Assembly: GCA_043228905.1 (NCBI GenBank)
Contig: JBHGNT010000004.1
Location: forward strand, 25,048,001 to 25,112,000
From: Azolla caroliniana
Lineage: Eukaryota > Plantae > Polypodiophyta
Length of the DNA: 64,000 bases
Direction: 5' to 3'
A program made the position numbers and the translations under genes. Below, in pieces: positions 26,920 through 37,591 of this stretch. Every line of letters starts with the position of its first letter. Within the stretch, counting starts at the first letter, position 1. A model generated the notes under the pieces. The model was not told the origin of the DNA and ran no database searches. It was given only the letters and a program-made list of their open reading frames with translations.

Positions 26920-28158
26920 AAAGATGGTTGATGTTGAAAATGAAGCAGAATTTCATAAAGATGGTGTTGGAGGGTGAAGCAGTTTTTATGAGTGTCTGAG
27001 GAGAGTGATTCATTCGATTCTTTGATGGTGTAGGGGTTGAAGCATACTTTCATGAGGGGAGAAGGAGAGCACATTGGATGTTGGTCATCTCGTCTTCCAA
27101 TCTCAAGGACCTTCGTAGTAAAAGATGACAAGGATGACTGACAAGGATGATTGACGATGGTGTCGAGGGCAGAAGCATAATTTCATGAGGGGATCCGGAG
27201 AGTAGTGTCATTATGTTTTTTCTTGTACAGGGCTTCGGTGGTCTGTTGGATGGGGAAAATAAAACAGATTCTTGTTTGATAAGGATGGGTCATGAGGTTG
27301 GCGGGGGTTGAAGCATACTTCACGATGGGAGAGTAGACGCATTTTCTTTTCTTTTTCTTTTTTTGTTTTATGAGTGTTGTTGTTGTGGATTTGGAAGCTT
27401 TTTCTTGAGGGTCAACGACAATACAGGTTTTGAAGCTTGGAGATTTTTAATGGTTTTAAGACACAACAACTCAGACCAAATGTGTTGCTGTCATCGAAAG
27501 ACATTGCTTGACTTCAGACATTGGAATTAGCTGGTGGCCATTTGGAATGCAATCATGATAAGATGGACTTGTTTTTACATGTTGGAGATTGTTTTTTCCT
27601 TTACATGTGGTCTCCTAGCCTGCCGTAGCAAAGTCTTGTGGAAGTGTAGAAGTTATCGACAAGGGAAAACCGGATATGGCTCTTGTGGATAATGATATAA
27701 TGGTATTGGGCAATGCTTCGAAGGACATGTATGACAAAGGTGGTATGTTTGGAACAACCAAGGAAGTGTTGGACAACATGGACAGGGTACAATCTCTGAT
27801 TTGGATAAAAGACAAAATGATAGTATTGCTACACATATGGATTCTACATTGTTATTACAAATTTCTTGACAGAAGCTTTGAAGTTGTATTCTAGATTTTC
27901 AATGAGTAGATTGTAAGATGATCTAGCAGTTGTAAGATGATCTAGCAGTTTCCCCCCTTTGTTGGTTGTTCTCCGTTGTAAGTTGGGATGTATATAGATC
28001 CATCTCCTTAGCCTCTTTAGGGAAAGATCTATGGTTGCCCATTGAATTTTACAAGAGGGCTTTAGAAAGTATCTTGGCTTTCTTTCCACATACTTTGTAT
28101 GTTGTAGCAAACTTGGTTTTCTTATCTAATGGAAGGATATTCTTTTTTGGAAAAAAAA
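26920..28158 (+). mobile_element. Poly(A) non-LTR retroelement (same family as 15123-16582) inserted in gypsy integrase
   Basis: 17-bp TSD aagtatattttggtcat (26903-26919 / 28159-28175). 3' end ctaatggaaggatattcttttttgg followed by an A run. The 5' part carries monomer-derived ggggttgaagcatac motifs. The integrase reading resumes (KYILV|MTEYLT) after removal. Confidence 0.85.
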
Positions 28159-29256
28159 AAGTATATTTTGGTCATGACAGAATATCTCACACATTGGTGT
28201 GAAGCTGCCGCCGCATTACCAAAAGCCACAGCCAACTCGGTGGCTCAAGCATTGCTTCACAAAGTAATCTTCCCTCATTGATGCCCTCAACAACATTTAT
28301 CCAATCAGGGATCACAATTTCGCAGGGAGGTTCTTCAAGTGCTCAACCATAGTTTGGGAATTAAGCAAGTGTTTACATCACCTTATCATCCACAAACAAA
28401 TGGTTTGACAGAATGCATGAATAAGACAATTAAACAGGTTATTTCACCATATGTGGATGCGTTGCATCATTCATGGGATCATGTTTTGCCCTTCATCGTT
28501 CACGCATACAACGCCTCAGTCTGGACATCCACCAAGATCAGCCCTTTTCGAGCTCTGTACGGTCGCGACATGCACCTCCCACTAGATATCCATAACATCA
28601 AAGTGCAACCCCAAAAGAATGATGCAACTGAATGGTGGCTTCATCTCCAACTCCATCAACCACTACTTCGACGTGCTCTCCAACACAATTTATGTATGGC
28701 ACAACAAACACAAAAGAAATACTATGATGCATCCCATACGCCGATGGAACTACAGATTAGAGAGATTGTAAGAGTTTATTATCCTATTCGCAAGCCCGGA
28801 CTCTGCGAATCCCTCATGCATCGTTGGCTCGGGCCATACACAGTCACAACACGCATTGGCACACCGATGTATCGTTTGCGGCGGACAACCAATTCATTCG
28901 AAATAGTCGCCCATATCAGTCGAATCAAGCGCATACCTTCAATTGATGCTCCCCCACGCTTGGAGTGGGCCGCAACCAAATGACAATCAGGCATTATACG
29001 ATCTGACCATAATTACAAGGTGTCCTCATAATAAGAATTTACCACCATCGTTCACCCTTTTCTCAAAAGGGGGAGGTGTCATATATGTATGACATGGCAG
29101 TTCTTGAACCAAACTTATGATCTTCCAAGATTGATAAACATTTAGTTTAAGTAGGAACCAAGAACACAAATGATGTAACAAGATACTATAAATAGAGATG
29201 CAAACTAGAGGCTGGGGCACTGGTTATTTTGGGTGAATCACTTTGAGTATTTTACA

Positions 29257-29645
29257 ATATCCCCACTTTTTACTCTCCCACAAAATTTGATATTTTTATT
29301 TGACATTAAAAAGGGAACCTCACACTAATATAATTTTTATAATAGATGGAAAACTTGAAATGATTTGTTTTATTTTTAAATAATAAATAATAAATAAATG
29401 GTTCATTAATTCCCAACTTTTTACTCTCGCACAAAATTTGATATTTTTATGTGACATTAAAAAGGGGACCTCACACTAATATTTTTATCATAGATGTAAA
29501 AATATTTGTTCTTTTTAAATAATAAATAAACAATAAACAATAAACAAATGGTTTTGTAATATTCTTGGGGTCATTTTGTATTCTCGAATATTATGAATAT
29601 TACGGATGGTGAATACCACGAATATCACGCATTAGTAAATCTATG
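29257..29645 (-). mobile_element. Inverted left end of a CATAGATT-family element, with an internal ~150-bp duplication
   Basis: The reverse complement reads catagatttactaatgcgtgatattcgtggtattcaccatccgtaatatt..gagaatacaaaatgaccccaagaatatt, as at 6705. The block ctttttactctc(c/g)cacaaaatttgatattttta..cctcacactaata occurs at ~29266 and ~29418. Confidence 0.8.
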
Positions 29646-30633
29646 TTACATCTATTTTTTGTCCCTCATTTAAAGCAGATCCATTTTTGCTCGAAAGAGA
29701 CACTTCATCATAAAAAATAGTTACCTCAAATAAGTGTTTCTTAAGGATATAATATGGACTCTTATTCTCTTGTCATATATGGAGGTGCATTTGGATGCTA
29801 ATTTAAGTTGTAGAAGTTTCAATAATTAAAGAATGCTTATAATGTGGTTTTATACCACAAGACAAATTATATGTACTATTGTTAACACTTATATTGTTAT
29901 GGAGTGTGCGAAGCACACAATTCAAAATGTAATGATTATTCAAGATATGATCTAATGAATTATTAGCTACATTGTGAAGATGGCAATTGAACCTAAAATG
30001 TTGAAAGTTATTTAATGGATGTATGAAAAATTTTCAATGGAGCTACATGGGGCATTAAGTTCTTGCCCTTTGGCTAATGTGGAGGCTCAAGTAAATGCTC
30101 TACAAAAAATCTCAACATCCAAGGCACTATTGGGTATAGTTCCAATACAATTTCCTCTTTGTGTGGGGTTTCAAAGAGGATTCAAAACAAAGATTCAATT
30201 ATTATGAACTTGCCCATTAAAAATAACTTTTATCCATCAACTCAAGGGTAATCTTCAACTTAGATTTCCAAACATGTTGGTCTCTTTCCGAATCATTACC
30301 AAGATCATGACATATTTTTCCATGAGATCAAATTCTAGGTACTTCGTCAACTGCGTCTTGATATCTTCAATTCTCTTTGAGACGACCTTTTTGTGATTGT
30401 CTCCACTTCGAATAGATCCCATTGCAAATACTTTTCAACTTTATTTTGAGTGCTTTTGAGTACTAGCTTTCTCTATAAATTTTGTTGTGGGTTTCTTCCT
30501 CGCATTGAGGTTCCCACAGGTAATATACGCACATTTCCGTAAACAAAGGACTAAGTTACTATGATTTGTACTTTGGGAGTGTCCAAAAAATAAATTATGA
30601 ATTTTGCTTTCTTGAATGGATTGTAATTGTACA

Positions 30634-33600
30634 TTACAAGTAGTGTGAATAACAAGATTTAGAAGAACTTGAGTTCTTAAATGTAGCGCAAAGTTGAGGA
30701 GACACAAGGTATGAAGAGCCAAAGGCATGGGAACAAGACCATGAAGGTGACGCTACATTGAGGGAGATATTATACAAACAAATATCTTGAAAGGGAGATT
30801 CTGGAATAGACCAAAAACGGCCCGGGGAATTAAAGTGAAAGCCTATACAATTTCTTATGACAATATTATTGACCAACGAGAAATTATGAGGTGCAAGATA
30901 AGAGTTTCGAGGTGAAGGAGGTGGATGTTCCCCTGCATCTCCGGTAAATACAATCGCATGCTTAACGTGCGTTAAGGTGATATTTAAGATGGTAATGTTG
31001 GTAATGTAGCCACCACGACCGGGGGCAGTTTTTAGACGAAGTCCATACGAGGAGTTAAAAATATGGATGTCCTCCACATGGACATTTGAAATGCCACCTG
31101 AGACCTCACTTCCAAATGCAATTCCGGAGCACGTTTTTGTTGTGCCAGTCACTCTCCTGATAGTGATTTTGACACTTGGGCATGCCATGCGCATGCCATA
31201 TTCATCCCAACCACTCTTTATTGCAATAAGATCGTCACCATTACTTATGTAACAATCTTCTATGCAGACATTAGAGCTCGAATCTACATTATTACAAGAC
31301 AATAAAACACAAGTTTAGGATTAAAGAACATGTTTTGGTTGCAAGTCTACAAACCGAAAATGTCGCTAAAATATAAATTTAAAGCTATTGCCACCATAGT
31401 TATTACATCAATTGTAGGAAACTCTTACTTGCATTTAAAATTAAAAAGTGTATACATGAATGATTTTTATGATTGCAACTTTCTTATCCTTGGAAGTTTC
31501 AAATATTGCTTTCTCTTTTCACACGTCTTGTGTGTCGATGAGAAATGTTAAAGCATTGATAATTGAAACATTTTTATTTAATTTTCCAAGTTTGTGAATG
31601 TTATCATATTCATGTAGGTAACATAATTGCAAATGGGCTTGTCAATAAGGCGATTATGAGTGATTGGATCCCAAGAAAGTGGTATGGCCAACTATGTGGA
31701 AATTTGGGCCTTAGTTGTTTGCACATCATCAAAAAATAAACTACTTGTGATTCTTTGTAAGACACATATGTATATTTTCTAGTGTCGGTCTACTAGGACA
31801 CAAGGATTGAATAATATTCAAATATTCTTGCATCAGTGGCATGCATACCATTATAATTACACTACATTTGTAAGTATTTTCAATGTAACAACTTCTACTT
31901 GTACGAAAAGGAAAGTGCCAAATGTATTTGGCTCATGACTTCTTCATATTTGGATCATGATATTAGTCTTGTATATCCAAAAAGCATGAACCAACAAACC
32001 AACAAATGCATTTCCTACATTCAAAATGACATTATAAAACAGAAAGAAAAGCTTAAGACAAGCATAATAGAAACACATTTCACCTGGATCAATGCCATCA
32101 GTGTTGGGCGCATTCCATGGGGCCAAAATTGTCACATTCTTGACAACAATGTTGCTGTAAAACATACATTACATTACCAATAGTTCTACCAATTAGAATC
32201 TGCAAATTGCATTTTTTATTTTTTTTTCAAAAGAACATATCCTTCCATTAGTTTTTAGAAAAGTCATAACAACAACATACAAAATATTTTTCCCAACTCA
32301 TCTTTATAAGATGATGGTTTGAGGAAAGCAATCTATGTACTCCAAAGTAGAGAAAACTAGTCAACTAATCTGAAAGTTATTCTATAGACACATTCCAAGC
32401 TATTCCAAGCTATTCTGTAGACACATTCCAAGCTACTTGCAAATTGCATATTTATAATATGTCTTGCCTGATTTATGAGCTTATAAAACCATACAGTGAT
32501 AGCTAATGGAGGCCATGAGTAGGCATTATGCTACTAGCCGACTGGAGTAATGAGTTGTTACAAGCCATATATGCGGAAAAAAACATCGAATGATACATAG
32601 TAAAAAAAACAATCTTTACATGTGATGTGTAGAAAAAACATACAAACAAAGAGAATGATGAGAGATTCATACTTGCAATAAATAGGATGTATAGTCCAAA
32701 ACGGAGAATTGCGTAAGACGACGTTAGATATCACTATATCTTCAGAGCTAATAAATTCTATAAGATGACCTCGTGTATGCGCGAGACTTCGATTTCTCCA
32801 CATGTCCCACCAAGACCATCCTTGGCCATCAATTGTACCATTTTCACCTATTTAAACATCACACACTTCAATACATTTTCATCAGTAATTTTCTCTTAAC
32901 TACATATATTTGAGCATCAAATTGTATGTTATCGCTATGATACCATACCTGTAATCCATACGTCGGTCAAATTCTCTCCATGTATGAGACTACAATGTCG
33001 TCTACCCGGCCTTTCCCTACCATAACCATATGATGGCAATGGTTCTACCAATGGCCATTGCTTGGGATCCTGAAATTCCAAAAAGAGTCGGCTTCATAAT
33101 CTAAAACATCAATTCAATTGGGAAAATTCCATAATCAATATTGAGCCTTATGAGGATTTGAAATACTATAAATCATTCTAAAGCTTTCATTCGAGAGCTT
33201 TTTGAATTGTTTTCTAGAGAAAATGTCATAATTGCCACGACACAACTCCAATGTTGTCAATATTTTTTGGAGTTTAATGCTACTTAGAATCCTCTCACTA
33301 AGTTCTTTCTAATGATCAATAAGTCATAAGATAGGGTTTGATGTAGCACATGACATATAATTAACATTTTGCCAATCGTTACTTCACAGCTATATCCATG
33401 ACAATAATGAACACCCAACTTCTTGACATTCAAGTAAGAGCATATTGAATGTTATGTTTTGTTTATAGAATTTTTTTGGATATGAAATCACTATGCATGA
33501 TTTAGAAAGGGGGAATGCACAAATGAGAAGAACAAATTTTTTTCGCCCACGATGAACCTAACACCAATAATGACGTAGTTGGGTATATTAATTTGACAAG

Positions 33601-35124
33601 CAAGTGGCACTAGATGAGCTTTTAATGGAAGATTGGTGAGCTTTTGCTTGCTTTTTCCTCACCTTGGGCCATGCAACATGGATCATGGATTGAAATTTGC
33701 TTCAAGTTTCTTACAACTTCAATTCAAATGTCAACTAAGTATGGAGTTTGGATGAGTGATATGGTACAATTAAGATTGACTTTGAAGGTTTGGTAGGTCA
33801 GGCATGATCATTGATATTGTATCCATTGATTGATATGTGTTTAATTGTATTTCAGACCTTTGCAATACATTTAATGACAAGTTGTTGAACCGTAATTAGA
33901 TGATTTAGGATGAATTTAGATAGGAGACGCAATATTTGAACCACAAGGCATATTTAACTGCCTTACAAGCAACTACTTGTACCAGACTAAATGGTGGCTT
34001 AAGACAAATTGCCCAGGTTAGGAAAGTCGTCGTAGGCACCCTAGAAGTCACATGTGGCAATCGATCGATGTGGCCCTATTATTTCGATGTACACACCCTT
34101 TGGCCCCATCATGGATTAACTAGATACTTTCAGCGGATCATTAAGACTTGGAAGGGGATCGCGAAACAACTAGAACTCTCACGGGACAAATGACATTAGT
34201 GAACCCCACCTAGGTGCATCATGGCACGATCGAGAACAGAGTAGGCCTTAGGCCAAACATAGAGGATCTAGTCGATCTTTCATAACCCCAAACTTTTTGT
34301 TACGAAACGACTCGGTTGTGCCAAAATTTGTCACGTTGATCTGGCGATCTTTCATAACACGAACTTTTGTTACGAAATAACTCAGGTTGTGCCAAATATG
34401 GTCAATGGGATCGAGAGAAGTCCATAGATGTATTCTTTCTTAATGTCCACAAGAGTCCGAATGCAATCTATATATTGCAATGGACTGTCCAGTAGCCCAT
34501 CCCACGGTCATGAGGATCAAACTTAGGAGTTCTCTCTCAATAAGTTTATGACTTGTGATGCAAGTAAGTAAACCAGCATCAAGAGGGAGAGACAATGGAG
34601 AGAGGAAGACTTACTTGAGAGGCGAGAATGACCGCGCCCTTGTGCAGGAAGAGTGTGAGATGCGAGGCGAGTTCAAAGCACCCGGTGAGCCATTGGCCGG
34701 GCGGGATGTCGAGCCGAGCCCCGCCGGATAATGTGGAGAGATGAGCTATGGCTCGCTCGAATGCTGCCGTGTTCACGGCCACGCCGTCCCCGACACCCCC
34801 GTAGTCCACGATGCTCGCATTATGTGCACGGGCCGCCGGCCTCGAGTAGAGGGACTCCAAGTCATTACACTCGATCGGAGGCCTAAGGAATGGCCTAACA
34901 ACACATGTGTGCTCCACACGTTCGTCCAACGTTGGGGTAGTCGGCACCGAATGTCGGTGCATGTGTGGGGGTACTATGAGATGTAGTGTACTTAACATTA
35001 AGATGATGAGCAATATTGATCCGCTGATGATCGGGAGTATTCGGAGATCGGAGTACTGTCGAAGGACATGTTGTCTCCAATTTGGGTGGTGGTATAGCCT
35101 AGTGAAGCATGGGTGTTGAATCAT
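30634..35124 (-). CDS. Glycoside hydrolase family 28 polygalacturonase (clade-E-like, N-terminal membrane anchor); exons 34615-35124, 32949-33069, 32673-32847, 32084-32154, 30634-31283
   Basis: YGGVGDGVAVNTAAF, WLTGCFELASHLTLFL, PLPSYGYGRE, GENGTIDGQG, NSPFWTIHP, APNTDGIDP, GDDLIAIKSGWDEYG, GIAFGSEVSGG, LRLKTAPGRGG. All introns are GT-AG and in phase. Confidence 0.93.
32213..32437 (-). mobile_element. 5'-truncated copy of the poly(A) retroelement family in polygalacturonase intron 3
   Basis: 12-bp TSD tgcaaattgcat (32201-32212 / 32438-32449). The T-run plus tatccttccattag and gaggaaa..atctatgtactccaa..tagagaaaac is homologous to 15125-15265. Confidence 0.8.
34274..34413. repeat. Two 72-bp tandem units, each with an internal inverted repeat
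   Basis: gatctttcataac-N11/12-gttacgaaa..ctc(a)ggttgtgccaaa at 34274 and 34346. Confidence 0.7.
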
Positions 35125-37591
35125 GACCACCCCCCTTAAGTTAGCCCTCTCTTATGACACACACATACACACAATCACCTTAAGCTATGCGTAGCCAAGT
35201 CTAAGCACCTTCTCATACAATAGCTAAAATTTTCAGTGCAAAATTCCTTGATCCAAAATGTTTTGCTTGGCTTAGTTGAATAGTCAAGTCCTCAATTATT
35301 TTATAACTTCTTCCACTTGAAAAATCATAATGTGTTTTCTTATGCCTTTTGACTTGTTGTAGTTCCCAACCTTTAAAAGTGAACCGACCTTCATGACATT
35401 GAACCAACTATGTTTGTATATTTATTAGTATGTATAGATATATGTCTACATATATATGTATGTATATATGTCGATGAAATCACTCGTGTTTAGGAAAAAG
35501 GTGCTCATCATCACTAAATTGTCGTTTTAACATTTTCCACTTGCTAGTTGAAATCCAATAGAAATATATCCTTTTTTCCTCTAGAGTATGACCATTTCTC
35601 TGAGTATCCTAAAAATTATGTATATGTATGTTGATTAGGAAGAAAAAGGTATCATGAACATTATAAAGTTTAAACATGTTGGTGTAATATAAAATTGTTA
35701 GGAACTCTTCTGCTGTGGAAAGTGAATTGACAAAGCCATGTATTTCAGTAGCAACATGTTAGTAGCCATGATCCATGTATGTGTACAACTATAAAATCTA
35801 TCAGCATGACCTTACTTTCCCCCCTTGGGACTTGGGTCGTGGAAATTAAATTAGTAAACCCAAAATTTATAGCAAACTTTTGCGTAACCATATGAATATG
35901 TTTCTTTATAATGATTGTAGGGTCATATCCATTGTTGATGTACATGCCACCGCAAACAAGCAAAATATAAAGAAATTTTATAATGAGCATATGTCAAGCC
36001 ATTTACTAGGGGAAAATTGTTGTTTTATGTCACCTCAAATGAAAACTATACAAAAGATTATGATGAATGCATCATATTGCTCAAGTTGATCCCACATTAT
36101 GAGGCGATGAAGCACAAGCTTTCTTATTACATCATGTATGTATAGATCAAATTAAGGAAGTTTTATACATAAGTTCATGAATCTGCAAAAAATAATTTGT
36201 TTGATTGAATTGGTAGGATTTAGACATGACATATAAAGGGACTGCTTTCATATTGTGTATATAAAAACATAGATAGACACACCCACACATGTGTATGTGT
36301 GCATACATTTCTTTCTTTGTAGGACCATATGTTTGAAGTCAACATACCTCCTTCCACATCCACATTTTTTAGATTCAATTCAAGTATGTAGTTGATATGT
36401 CAACACCTTAATAAGTTCTTGAAATATTATTTTAGCTTTAGCATATTAAATCCCATTTATTTAAATTTAATATCGAACACTGAATCTTGATTGTATTCAA
36501 CTTTGGCTCCAATGAGGATATTTTGTCTTCATATTCTAAAGGAGTCACTAGTTCAAAAATCTTCATTTGCTTCATCTTTTTATCTCATTAAACCGCGCAG
36601 TGCAAAAAAGCTAGCTGCAAATATATTTCATGCACGACAAACAAATAACTATATGTACATATCATGATAGTCTGAATCCAACATGAGAAGAGGTGACTCC
36701 AAATAATATCTTAAAAGAGTACACTGAAAATTAATAAAGCTAGGAAGCCTAGATTAATGGAAACAATTCATTTGACATTCACATGAGAGAGACATGAAAG
36801 TTAGTTCTACAAGACAAGGCAAACACATATGTTAAGTGAATGCATCTTGACAGAACAACAGATTTGAATTGAAATTTATGAGTTGAGGTTAGACACCAAG
36901 GATAGAACTGCTCCTTGATACAAAGAAAGATAGAACATAGCCAACACAAAAGGGAGTGGGCATATATAAAAGTTATTGTATCCCCATAGGACCTTGTCGG
37001 CCTTGTTGTTTAGGCATCTTCATAGAACACATGAAAAAGCGAGTGATCATTGGAGATACGAGCAAACATTGTTGATAAAAATTCCTTCACTCCATTGTGT
37101 GACCTGATGGATTGTTAGATATTGAGACATACAAAGGGCAATGTTATGTGTTTCAGACCATTCTAGTTCATTATTGTGCCCACTTTGTGTCTTCTGAGAT
37201 TCCTACACTCCTATAATCCAGGGACAGTACATCTTCATTCATTGTTGAACATCAATGAACCAAACACATGGCCAACTTACCACCTACAGTAACATGGATT
37301 ACATGCTCATTAATAATATATTATAGCCACACCACAATGATCTAAAAATAAAAATAAAAACTTGTAGAAAAAAGCATTGAAGGTGTTTTCTTTCAGAATG
37401 AGTTTTATCAATCATTCAAATAAATACAAATTGTTCAATTCTTTTCAAGAATACCTCAAAAATAAAATCATTCCGAATCTTGTCGATATTTCTTCTAACT
37501 TTCCAATAACAAAGCTACAATTTTAAGCCATCACTCTATGCATATACTATATAAAAAGAGTATGAATACAAGAAGAGAGAAAACACACAAT

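Larger units (their letters stand above)
18112..29256 (+). mobile_element. Degenerate Ty3/gypsy LTR retrotransposon (gag-PR-RT-RH-INT), 5' LTR missing, interrupted twice
   Basis: Gag RPRSFSGLPTEDVLAWL. The CCHC knuckle CFYCNGYGHIKKHC resumes after the copia insert. Protease ALLDSGST, RT (LDLALGY*QIP, MPFGL), RNase H (LQTDASNTGIG, NYSTTEKE), integrase (GHFGFHK, SPYHPQTNGLTE, GPY). PPT aaaagggggagg at 29065-29076 is followed by a TG-starting 3' LTR at 29077 whose end is uncertain. Many stops and frameshifts. Confidence 0.9.
17295..29645. mobile_element. Candidate composite (macro-)DNA transposon of 12.35 kb, bounded by two inverted copies of the same CATAGATT end
   Basis: ~105-bp inverted homology between 17295-17399 and ~29541-29645. 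Direct flank ttacatc at 17288-17294 and 29646-29652 (8 bp, gttacatc, if the terminal G is shared). Confidence 0.6.
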
